A DNA stretch of 63,824 bases, filler included, from Octopus bimaculoides (Eukaryota), in NCBI RefSeq assembly GCF_001194135.2. It is 7 parts of 7 records of this genome, joined end to end, with 100 filler letters (N's around TTAATTAATTAA, not from the genome) between each part and the next. Parts side by side here need not be neighbours in the genome. Positions count along the whole stretch, not along the records: positions 24,151 to 51,833 come from NC_068988.1; 6 more parts are not named here. The stretch is one strand, 5' to 3'. The notes beneath the pieces are model-generated. The model searched no databases and was not told the origin of the DNA. It saw only the letters and a list, made by a program, of their open reading frames with translations. This document shows positions 36,101-48,190 of the stretch, one piece after another. The position numbers and the translations under genes were made by a program. Each line of letters begins with the position of its first letter. The first letter of the stretch is position 1.

Positions 36101-36350
36101 ATGTATGCATGTATGAATGTATGTATATAAATATATGTATGTATGCATACAGAGGTGAAGGTGATGGTATATTTTACCACACACAATCTTTGTATATGTT
36201 GATGCACTGATTGAAATATCTGGACATTGTGTAAATAAAAAAGGAGGTTAATGTAATTCACAGGCGTGTAGTTGTTAACATACTTAAGTATACTGTCTTG
36301 AATTGAAGCATTTATTTGCACCGATAATGGAAAGGAAGGATATTTCATGG

Positions 36351-36453
<103 letters not shown>

Positions 36454-36863
36454 GCACAAACTTATATATGTGTATATATATTTACAAGGAGATACATTGT
36501 GATAAATTGGCCAATAATAATTTCCACATACCCGGTAAGTACTAAAATAAAATTTTGGTATGGTTTGCTCTTATTTCTAATACGTGTGTTAGACTGACAT
36601 GTCTACTTACTTTTAGATGCAACTTTGAATGCATTGCTACATTAATACACATTAGAATTCTGACAGAAGGAAAGAATTTGCTATATAGAATTTCCCATAC
36701 GACTGTGCTAGAGATTGGAAAAGTTTTACTAAAGTGTTCAGTCGTATGTCATATGTAACTATAGGAATGCTGTAGTTTACTTGATATGTTTCCTTTGAAA
36801 CGTATTTGGTTTCACAAATTCAGAATAATGACCCGAACACCTGAACACCTGCAGAACGATAAC

Positions 36864-37663
36864 TTAAGCATTTGATAATTTAAGTGTTTAATACTTATCG
36901 TAATTTGAAATCGTATTGACCACCTGAACAACGATAACCTGCGCATTCATATTACCAGTGTATAATACCTAGCATAGTCTGAAATCGTATTGACCACATA
37001 TTCATATACTGCGTTGGTGCATGATTATTGCGGCTTTTTTTTTTTCAACAAATTTTATTCAACAAGAACAATAACAACATGTAGCAAAAACAAATTTAAA
37101 TGATTATTCCGAAGCATATTCACCATCTACTTCAATTACTGCTTCCCATTTGCTTGGCAGACGGTCAGACTGTCATTCAAAGATGTTTTTTTTAAATATT
37201 GTTATTCTTTTTGTTGAATAAAATTTGAAAAAAAGCTGCAATAATTATGTACCAACACAATGATTTTCGTTCACTAAAATACAAAAAGCCATGGCGGGCA
37301 GTTGTTGAATAAGAAATACGGGCAGTTATAGACGCAACTAGATTTTTACCAAACATTTAGAAGACTGGGTTCGGGTTCAAAATCCAACCACTGCCTGTGT
37401 TTGAAAATTTGCCTCTTTATATCTCTGCAATTCAAAACAGAACAAAAAGATTGTTCATTTTAGGGTCTGAAACTCGTCTTTAAATATGACATGTTAAGCA
37501 TTTGATAATTTAAGTGTTTAATACTTATCATAATTTGAAATCGTATTGACCACCTGAACTACGATAACCTGCGCATTCATATTACCAGTGTATAATACCT
37601 AGCATAGTCTGAAATCGTATTGACCACATATTCATATACTGCGTTGGTGCATGATTATTGCGG
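36864..37663. repeat. 170-bp direct repeat (36864-37033 / 37494-37663, 2 mismatches), each copy ending in 25 nt of mariner TIR
   Basis: Read base by base; offset 630 bp. Confidence 0.92.
37009..37260 (-). mobile_element. Internally deleted mariner (MITE-like) with ~65-bp imperfect TIRs
   Basis: ta|ctgcgttggtgcatgattattgcggc... and ...gctgcaataattatgtaccaacacaa|tg; minus strand retains the C-terminus DRLPSKWEAVIEVDGEYASE*. Confidence 0.85.
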
Positions 37664-38949
37664 TTAGCTCTATGAATTCTGTGGAACGACCGCCATTAGC
37701 AACCTTTATGAGCGCATAAAGAATAATATTATAATTTTTGATCCTGCAGGAAATAATTCTTAAGGGGAGTATTTCGTTGAAAATCAATATTTGGTGATAT
37801 CAGAAACTGCTTTATTATATAAAAGTTCTCGTGAACTTTAGACACGTGATCAATACAATTACTTTCTCATTTAAAACCATAAATGATGTTCTGAATCATT
37901 TAACGGAACTATAACTGCATTAATAGCTACAACATTGGAAATGTCATTTATATTTGAATGCATGTGTGTGTAGTAACCAAATGTATTAGAGTGTATGTAT
38001 AGTTATATATATATTTATATATATATATATATATGTATATACATACATACATACATGCATACATACATATATATAAACAGAGACAGACAGACAGACAGAG
38101 ATATATGCATACGTACGACCACTCCACAATAAACAAATACAGACATATGGATGGATATATGTGTGCGTCTCTGTGTGGCTATGCATGTGTTTAAGTATTT
38201 ATAAAAATTCATAGATTTATTAATAAGCACAACAGACACACACACATACACAGACACAGACATACACACACACACACACACACACATATGTATATTTAAT
38301 GTACATATTACATGATATATACATTTATGAACATACATACACTGAGACTAATAAGAGTATGAATATTTATATTTATATATGTGCTTAGGTATTAATGCGC
38401 AAATATATAAAGAATCACATATAAATATTTATTTCGTGCCAAGTAATGTAAATATTTACTTAATAATCTAATTTCACTTCAAATTAAGCGCATTATCTGA
38501 AGGACATCTTCAAGTGGACAAAATTTTGATATAAGTGTGTCTTAATACATCAGTTGTTGATAGCATCTAGTGCACATCCAGTAAAATAATTAACTATTTA
38601 TAAAATGCATTGAAATAAGCTATATTGAAAATTTAAGTATGCTATACCTTCCAACTGTCGTTCAGCTCCTTAATCGAAAGCCTAAATCTCTTTGAAAATG
38701 AAGTATCATACGTGATTTTTAAATGTTGCTACGGCCATGCTCATCACAATTTTGCTCACTAATTGACAGAGCACGACAATTTCTCATTAAAATTATATGT
38801 CCTCTGTGTACAGTTTGGTTCTTTAGTATTACTGCTTAACGAATAACGGTTTGTATGTGTGTCTTAGCTGGTAAACTCCTCATCTTGTATCTCCCGTGTA
38901 AATTTGCTGAGTGAGTGGTCATTAGAGAAGTAGAGCATACGGATTATAT

Positions 38950-40680
38950 CGGAATGTGTTTTCAAATTAAATCATGCCTATGAAGTAATATATCTTTATG
39001 AGTTATAGCTTCAGTACAATACACAGAAGTATCTGTAATTTTTATTATTAAATATACACTATAAAACTATTGATGACAACAAAATTGCAGAGCTTCAAGA
39101 AAAGGCTACTGTAATGTCCTAAAAATTATTCAAGCCCCATGGAAACTAACATTCTTTTTTCGATTCTTCGTTTGTAAAAGCTATTATATTGGTATTCCCT
39201 GTGTATCCTTTGTCTACTGGTTACTATTCACAAATCCACATAATGGTTGGCTAAACTTCATTTGCATGATAATAGATATGGCCTAAAGTACTTGTGTTGC
39301 ACATGTTCAAAATTATTCCTGTGAATATGCTAGCTTTTGTCCTGTAGTTATTTCCAGAAGAGTAATACAGTCCAAATAGAGTATAAATAGAGGAAAACTG
39401 TTCTGGTCATTCTCAGATTCTGATCATCATGGCCAAGTAGAAGGAGTTCAAGGAAGACGTACATGATCGTCTTTTGCGCGCCCAGAGTGAAGGAAATGGT
39501 TACAAGACCATTTCAAGGCAGTATGATATCACTGTGGCAACCATCTAGGGCATAACGAACAAACACAAGAGGTTCAACACTGTTAAAAACCTCATCGGGC
39601 GTGATAGGAAGCGTAATGTGTCTCCCAAACTTGTCAGGAAAATCTGCTCAGAGGGCAACAACAACTCCCGGACCACAACCAAGGCCCTAATTGAAACGCT
39701 TGACTAGAGAGGGATGAAGATGTCACAGCCCACCGTTGAGTTAGTCTTGCACAGAAGAGGACTCCATGGACGTAAGTCTCGGAAGACGCCGCTGCTCAGA
39801 AAGAAAGAGCTGGATGCTTACCTAGACTTTCTTATAGGTCATCTGAAGCAAGATCCCAGCTTCTGGTCAACCATCCTTTGATGAGACGAAGTTGGAGTTA
39901 TTCGGCCATATGGATGCTGAATACGTCTGGAGGAAGAGAGTCAATAACACTGTGCCCACCGTAAAGCATGGTACTGGAAATATAATGCTATGGGGATATT
40001 TCTCCTCCAGTGGCACAGAGGACCTTGTCAAGGTCTAAGGAATCATGAGAACGGGAGATTACATCAGGACCCTTGATGAAAACGTGAAAGAATACGCTGA
40101 GAAACTCCAACTCGGCCACAACTGGACGTACCAGCAGAAAAAGGATCCTAAACATACGGCCAAAGTAGTGAAGAAATGATTCAAGAACAATGATGTCAAC
40201 GTTCTACAGTGGCCAATTCAGAATCTTGAACTGAATCTGATCGCGAAACTGTGGCGAGACTTGAAGAACAGAATGATGGTTAGGTAACCGATCAACTTGA
40301 CCCAGCTCGAGACTTTCACCAAGCAAATAAGAGTGGGCCAACATCTCACAGATTAAATTTAGGAAGCTTGTAGACACGGAAAAGAATTGTCTAGAAGCAG
40401 TCATAAAAATTAAAGGTTATGCGATTGACTATTAAAGAAAGATTCTCGACTCAGTAAACCTAGGCTATGAATAAGTTTGAACATGGCACTTTTTGAAGAT
40501 ACATGAATAAAATACTCTTGAAATGAAGAATTTCTTGAATTGTATATTGTGTTATTCTTTCACTTGTTGGTCACATATAACTCATAAACAAACTTGAGAA
40601 AATGCATTCCTTTCATCACAAACTTTTTTTTTAATCACAAAAATTAATAAGTGTATGAACAATCTTGAGGAAGACTTATG
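38950..40680 (+). mobile_element. Tc1-family DNA transposon with decayed long TIRs; transposase pseudogene 39429-40435
   Basis: GNGYKTIS, GRK.RKTPLL, DETKLELFG, NTVPTVKHGTGNIMLWG, QQKKDPKHTAK, WP...LNLIAKLW; many stops and frameshifts; partial inverted similarity (tttatgagttata; ttattca.gcc / ggctatgaataa) between the flanks. Outer boundaries are approximate. Confidence 0.88.
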
Positions 40681-41874
40681 TCTATATTTCTAAGTTAAGA
40701 AATGCTATTATTATACGTTGCCTGATCAGAGGACGTAGGTTCGTAGCAACATGCTAAAATATATGTTTAGCTAAGTAAATTTTTGTGTACATCAAAGTAT
40801 CGTGGCACACAGAAGCTATCATACGTCAAGACAAATTGCGATCATATTTGATGCCCTTTCTGTAAATGCCTATAAATTGTTTATTTTATTCACATAAGAT
40901 TTTCAGATAAACTATGGATAGAAATATTGATATAAAATATTACAGACACAAACATTTTATATTTTTCCCGAGAGAATAGATTAGCAAGTATATTTTAAAA
41001 TTAAAAATGATATAAATACATACCTGCACACATACATACACACACGCACATATATATGCGTATATATACATATTTATATATTTATGCATATAAATACATA
41101 TATGCATTATATACACTTATGCATGCATATATGTATTTATATGTATATATATATATATATACTTCAAGAAATAACTATTGTTTCTTTCAAAAAAGTTAAT
41201 AGGACTGCAAAAAAGAAGTGCTCAAATAAATGAGGTCATGATAATTAAACATTGATCATAGGACAAACATTAAAATGTGTTAACGACTTTATATACGCTA
41301 TGAAACCTCTTACATACATCATATATAAATAAATATTACCATGGCTTTCATAATATATAGATCAAAACAAAATATATGACATACAAATACAGAAAACCGC
41401 CAAAGGTAAAAACATATACATATATGCGAAAAAACACGTATAGGAACGTCCCGTCAAAAATGACTAAATGTTTATAAATTACTTAAAATGCAAAAAATCT
41501 GTCTTGCTGAAAAAGTTGAAAAAGCGGGTAAACAAATAAAGAATAAATCGACTAATACATCATGTTTACTTCATTCACACCAAAATTTAATCATCCATGC
41601 GTAAAATATTTCGAATCAAAAAAGACATCCACACAGAATATAATAGTTCATGAGTAAGGTTTCTCAGAATAAACTAAACACAACATCTATGGCCATTTCA
41701 GGAGCACATCACCATAGTAAGATTCCAATTAATACATATCACGGTAACGGCATATTACATTAATACTGGGTTTGAAACTGGCGTATTTAACTTTATTAAA
41801 AATAGTCAGCAGCCTTTGAGCAATGAAATTGAAAATAAAATATGTTCTTTTAATTGTTAAAGTAGGCTTGCGGT

Positions 41875-42261
41875 GGAGGCGCAATGGCCCAGTGGTTACG
41901 GCAGCGGACTCGCGGTCATAGGATCGCGGTTTCGATTCTCATACCGGGTGTTGTGAGTGTTTATTGAGCGAAAACACCTAAAGCTCCACGAGGCTCCGGC
42001 AGGGGGTGGTAGCGAACCCTGCTGTACTCTTCCACCACAACTTTCTCTCACTCTTTCTTCCTGTTTCTGTTGTCCCTGTATTTCAAAGGGCCAGCCTTGT
42101 CACACTCTGTGTCACGCTGAATATCCCCGAGAACTACGTTAAGGGTACACGTGTCAGTGGAGTGCTCAGCCACTTGCACGTTAATTTCACGAGCAGACTG
42201 TTCCGTTGATCGGATCAACTGGAACCCTCGACGTCGTAAGCGACGGAGTGCCAACAACAAC
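41875..42261 (+). mobile_element. Full-length tRNA-derived SINE with (CAA)n tail and 11-bp TSD
   Basis: Box A TGGCCCAGTGG, Box B GGTTTCGATTC, tail ccaacaacaac; TSD aggcttgcggt at 41864-41874 and 42262-42272. Confidence 0.9.
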
Positions 42262-42439
42262 AGGCTTGCGGTACGATAAGGTTTGTCCTGGTCTTGTATA
42301 TGTATCCTATCTCTCTATTTATCCTGACGAACGGGCCATTACCGCGATATGTATCAATTGCAATCTCGCTAGAGTGATGTGCACCCGAAATGGCCATAGA
42401 TGATGTGTTTAGTTTAATCTGGGAAAACTTACGAAATAT

Positions 42440-42565
42440 GGGGCAATTATCCTGAAAATGGAAGTTTACACAACTTTAGACCAATAGCATGCCTTCCGCT
42501 AATGTGGACACTAGTGTCAGGTGCTATGGCCGGTGAACTGTTCAGCTACTTGAAAAAAGTAGCGA
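42440..42565 (+). mobile_element. Dong/R4-like non-LTR RT fragment
   Basis: NFRPIACLPLMWTLVSGAMAGELFSYL, an RT domain 1-2 signature of early-branching LINEs. Confidence 0.6.
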
Positions 42566-43302
42566 GTCCTTCAAAATTAACCTATTGCGTGAGTTGCTCA
42601 AAATTTTAATTTTAGTCAACAATTTTGCAGCTTGAGAGCTTTTATATAACACATGCACGGTAAGTAGAATACAGAAACTGCTACATTCACACAAGCATGA
42701 ATGAATGTCTGTATTTATGTATATGTGTATATACATGTATGTATGTGTGTATACGCGTTTTTTTCGTGTGCGCGTGTGTCCGTGTGCGTTTTCATGTGTG
42801 TATATCAATTCGTCTACACATTATTAAACTGAAAGCTGCTAGCAGCATGTTGCATTTGAGACACAAGAAGTATACTAGTAGATTCACCTAAATTTTCAAT
42901 GGCAAGAAACTATTAATAGCTTTCATTTGTATACAGTTTACATTATATGATGTATATCTTTAACTGGATTGCGTAAATTGTTTGACCATACAGTATATGT
43001 GTGTGTATATAAAAAATATACATATATAACTACATGCTGACACACACACACGCATACAACGATGCATAAATAATTTTATACTTTTACTCTTTTATATGTT
43101 CTGTCATGTGACGGTGGTTGTACAGAAGAATTCGATAAAGGGTTTCAGTCGACTAAATCGACCGCAAGGCATACTATTTGTAAGCTTAATACGTTATATA
43201 TCGTTTCATTTCACAGAAGCGCTAAATTTCGTGTTCGTACCCAACCAACATCGGTTGTCGAGTGATGACGGGGAGTAAAACACCAACACAATTTCACATA
43301 CT

Positions 43303-43334
<32 letters not shown>

Positions 43335-44344
43335 NNNNNNNNNNNNNNNNNNNNNNNNNNNNNNNNNNNNNNNNNNNNNNNNNNNNNNNNNNNNNNNNNN
43401 NNNNNNNNNNNNNNNNNNNNNNNNNNNNNNNNNNNNNNNNNNNNNNNNNNNNNNNNNNNNNNNNNNNNNNNNNNNNNNNNNNNNNNNNNNNNNNNNNNNN
43501 NNNNNNNNNNNNNNNNNNNNNNNNNNNNNNNNNNNNNNNNNNNNNNNNNNNNNNNNNNNNNNNNNNNNNNNNNNNNNNNNNNNNNNNNNNNNNNNNNNNN
43601 NNNNNNNNNNNNNNNNNNNNNNNNNNNNNNNNNNNNNNNNNNNNNNNNNNNNNNNNNNNNNNNNNNNNNNNNNNNNNNNNNNNNNNNNNNNNNNNNNNNN
43701 NNNNNNNNNNNNNNNNNNNNNNNNNNNNNNNNNNNNNNNNNNNNNNNNNNNNNNNNNNNNNNNNNNNNNNNNNNNNNNNNNNNNNNNNNNNNNNNNNNNN
43801 NNNNNNNNNNNNNNNNNNNNNNNNNNNNNNNNNNNNNNNNNNNNNNNNNNNNNNNNNNNNNNNNNNNNNNNNNNNNNNNNNNNNNNNNNNNNNNNNNNNN
43901 NNNNNNNNNNNNNNNNNNNNNNNNNNNNNNNNNNNNNNNNNNNNNNNNNNNNNNNNNNNNNNNNNNNNNNNNNNNNNNNNNNNNNNNNNNNNNNNNNNNN
44001 NNNNNNNNNNNNNNNNNNNNNNNNNNNNNNNNNNNNNNNNNNNNNNNNNNNNNNNNNNNNNNNNNNNNNNNNNNNNNNNNNNNNNNNNNNNNNNNNNNNN
44101 NNNNNNNNNNNNNNNNNNNNNNNNNNNNNNNNNNNNNNNNNNNNNNNNNNNNNNNNNNNNNNNNNNNNNNNNNNNNNNNNNNNNNNNNNNNNATATATAT
44201 ATATATATTTATATATAGCAAATCCACAACCCAATACGAAGTACAAACACAAGAAAAACTACAACGCGAGGACGTGGTAAAAGCAAAGCATTAGCAGATG
44301 CTCAAGGAAGGAAAAAAAAGGTAGTTTTTATATATATATACATA

Positions 44345-44485
44345 CAACGGGCTGTTTTCAGTGTCCGTCTGACTAATCCGTTCACAAGGTCTTGGTCGTC
44401 CCTAGGGAAAAGTAAGGTGCCACGCAGTGGGACAGAGCACGAAACTGTATGTTTGACATGGAAGCTTCTTAGAACACAGCCACTC
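44345..44485 (-). mobile_element. Degenerate tRNA/CORE-type SINE fragment (related pieces near 45865-45990, 55845-55895 and 60880-60990)
   Basis: cacaagg..ttggtc..aaggtgccacgcagtgggac..gaa.c; cacaaggc motif repeated near 45885; tgcggc/tcatg.tgg.gcacc.c ends at 55866 and 60886. Family assignment is from recall. Confidence 0.5.
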
Positions 44486-45707
44486 TACACCTATATGCAT
44501 GTGTCAGGTATAACACTGCATCCAGGATGAAGAACCTTCCGGAACCCTTTCATTCGGATGAATCGAACACTACTACATAATATTAAGGCTAATACTCATT
44601 CTATCGTTGTATTTTTGCTATGCTCTGCGTGAAGGAAAATAAAGAAACCACTGGATATTCGTTTCCTCCTCTACATCATAGGTTTCCTTATGTACATTAG
44701 GTTGCAGAATCTATTCTTACGCAATCTAACATACTAATTATTACTGTAGTTGTTTTAATTGATATCATTATAGTTGTTGCTATAACTACACTTATATGTG
44801 CCTAATACAATTATACCTGTGTAATTGCGTTTTACTTGTACTTTCAAGGTCGTTTAACTGCTGTTCTATTGTGTCTGCGCATATATACGCATGTACATAT
44901 ACCTACAGGTTTGTCTCCGTAGATATATTATTAAGTGTGCGTGTGCATTTTTAAGAATCTATATAGATGCAGCTGTATATAAGCGAGCAAGTATTAATGC
45001 ATGTAAGAAGAATGTGAGTGTATGTGTATTTATTCATGTAGGTGTTGCCATGATGGATACTTGGTTCGTCACAGAGCCCCTGAAGCTAATCTGACATAAA
45101 CTTTGTTCTTTTTCATTTTCTTTCCCCCTCCTTCTATCTTTCTGTCAACATGTCATTTATTTTTTCTGTCTATTCTTCTCCTCACTTTATTATTTACTAA
45201 TTTATTACATTTATTCATTACATTTGAAGACATAAATTTTCATAGAGTTCTATGTAGATTTTATTGCACCTTAATCTCCGACCTCTGTGTTGCCATCACA
45301 GACAGTTAAATTTAGAATGTGTTCGATATAGTTTCACTCTTTTTAATTATGGCTAAGAAAGTGAGTCGTTCTATATTTTGCAAGCTATTCTGCGCAGTTT
45401 TAAATAGCTGAGGAAAACAGATTTTCAAGATGTAATGTTTGCAATCAAGCTATTCATCATTAAAAAACGAAATCCCGTTTGAAACAGCTGTAGTGAAATG
45501 TTAATCCCATTTGAGGATCCTTCCCAGTGTTGAATCTAGAACCTTCAATGGATCGTGAACATATTTCCGCATATGCGTATATGTATATGTAAACATGTAT
45601 GCGGTATATATATATATACCGCATACATGNNNNNNNNNNTTTGCGCTACAATAGACCCGCACATGATGTCCAGAATGTTAATTTACACGAAGGCTACATC
45701 AGATAAA

Positions 45708-45742
<35 letters not shown>

Positions 45743-46087
45743 CGCAATCGTTTTTTTGTGCGCACGCGTGTCTGTGTGTGTTTGCGTGTATGTATGTGTT
45801 ATGTATATAAGTATCTATGTACGTATATATGTATGTAGGTAGTATGTATGTATGACGTTAATCTTGCGGCTACTAAAATCCCTCACAAGGCTTCAGGTAG
45901 GCCGATCAGTGACTCTAGTAGGAAACAATTGCCAAGAATATGCCAAGCTGTGTAACTGAAACTGAACACATTAGGTCCGGAAGGAAGTGTGTTATCTCAG
46001 ATCCAGGTCTGCGCCTATAAATATATATGTATGTGTGGATGTGTGGGTGCGCGCCCGTATGTGTATGTGCATGCGTGTGTGTATGTG

Positions 46088-46130
<43 letters not shown>

Positions 46131-46429
46131 ATATTTGGTTTCATATATGTGTTATGCTCTTGATAATGTCGAAAATCGGATTATTTCCAAAGCAACCGTT
46201 AGCACGAAGCCGTGTCTGTCTGCACTTTTGGATAACAATCTCTCGGAAGACTGAAAATTGACAAATGAAGGAAATCCGGGGACATCATCGGTAAATCAAA
46301 CGTCTGAACCTTTTGAAGAGAATTATGAAATCCAAATACAAAGAATGCATTTATAACAATTTTACTTGCTTCCGCTATTGCACATAAATATTGCATGTGG
46401 AAATTCATGTAATATTTGCATTTTATAAG

Positions 46430-46533
46430 CCTTACATCAAATAATTTACCCTCACATTGTACAACGGCTAGGCATCTGATGGAGTGCCACTCTAAATTAA
46501 ATAACCTCAAGGCTGGGAATCTCGGAGGACAAG
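46430..46533 (+). CDS. Candidate internal exon of an unidentified gene
   Basis: Acceptor tttgcattttataag, donor AAG|GTAAGT, open frame LTSNNLPSHCTTARHLMECHSKLNNLKAGNLGGQ; no homology recognised. Confidence 0.25.
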
Positions 46534-46958
46534 GTAAGTTGATTTCATTGCTATTTGTGTCCAAATGGTATTATTTGTGCTACCCGAAAGATTAAAAGGC
46601 ATTCTCGATCTCGATGGAATATGAACCTAGAAAGTAAAGCAATTCTAAGTGTTCGTTTCTTTTCTCATCACAAATAGTACACAACATTTTCCCATGAAAT
46701 ATTTATGCGCAATGGCATTAAGAACGTAGTTTTATCAAAACAATTGTAAATTATAATTAAAGATGTTCGAAACTCCTTTTCTCGTTTCCGTATCTCAATC
46801 NNNNNNNNNNNNNNNNNNNNNNNNNNNNNNNNNNNNNNNNNNNNNNNNNNNNNNNNNNNNNNNNNNNNNNNNNNNNNNNNNNNNNNNNNNNNNNNNNNNN
46901 NNNNNNNNNNNNNNNNNNNNNNNNNNNNNNNNNNNNNNNNTGTGCATGTATGTATGTA

Positions 46959-47114
46959 TATATATGACGTTGACCACTAACGTGGACATTCAATGTGCTA
47001 GAAATAGATCACATCTTGTGTCTACTAAGACTTAAATTTAGGTCTTATTAGACACAAGATGGGATCTATTTCTAGCACATTGATTGTCCACGTTAGTGGT
47101 CAACGTCATATATA
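46959..47114. repeat. 156-bp near-perfect palindrome with no spacer (foldback/MITE-like)
   Basis: Centre between 47036 and 47037; 4 mismatched pairs of 78; (TA)n at both ends. Confidence 0.95.
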
Positions 47115-48137
47115 AAAATGTACTTTAATCCCCTGAGATTGCAGATACTGTTTCTGAATCTCTTTGATTCTTTTAATGTGCTAGCTTCTTGGTAATTAAT
47201 CGATATTAATGAATATATGATTTGTTGCCATATTTTTTAATAATATATATGTATATATATAGACGTGGCTAGGGTAATAGTCAGCACCAGTATTGCTTGT
47301 AATAAGATTCAAGAGAACACTAAGCCACAAGAGAGTACTTATTCTATCATTGACAAGGGAGGCAAGTCCCTATAGTATCCGGGATTAGGCTGTAGGAAGC
47401 TTGCCTCCCTCCTCAGTCATAAGGTAAGCGCTTCCTCGAGGCTAAGAGCTGTTTTAACTCTTATTTCTAGCACTGCTGGTCCTGACCAGTACCCTTAGAA
47501 ACTTTAGTGACGTCTATAATTCTGCCTTTCCATTGTAAATTGCTAATATAACATATTTATTATATATATATATATNNNNNNNNNNNNNNNNNNNNNNNNN
47601 NNNNNNNNNNNNNNNNNNNNNNNNNNNNNNNNNNNNNNNNNNNNNNNNNNNNNNNNNNNNNNNNNNNNNNNNNNNNNNNNNNNNNNNNNNNNNNNNNNNN
47701 NNNNNNNNNNNNNNNNNNNNNNNNNNNNNNNNNNNNNNNNNNNNNNNNNNNNNNNNNNNNNNNNNNNNNNNNNNNNNNNNNNNNNNNNNNNNNNNNNNNN
47801 NNNNNNNNNNNNNNNNNNNNNNNNNNNNNNNNNNNNNNNNNNNNNNNNNNNNNNNNNNNNNNNNNNNNNNNNNNNNNNNNNNNNNNNNNNNNNNNNNNNN
47901 NNNNNNNNNNNNNNNNNNNNNNNNNNNNNNNNNNNNNNNNNNNNNNNNNNNNNNNNNNNNNNNNNNNNNNNNNNNNNNNNNNNNNNNNNNNNNNNNNNNN
48001 NNNNNNNNNNNNNNNNNNNNNNNNNNNNNNNNNNNNNNNNNNNNNNNNNNNNNNNNNNNNNNNNNNNNNNNNNNNNNNNNNNNNNNNNNNNNNNNNNNNN
48101 NNNNNNNNNNNNNNNNNNNNNNNAGAGAGAGAGAGAG

Positions 48138-48190
<53 letters not shown>

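Noticed and set aside
36489-36534. Candidate exon with CCG|GTAAGT donor (EIHCDKLANNNFHIP)
   Set aside because: The acceptor is only a (TA)n run; short, with no supporting homology.
41875-41945. tRNA gene (also 57850-57920 and 63680-63752)
   Set aside because: A and B boxes are present but no full cloverleaf; each continues into a SINE body and tail.
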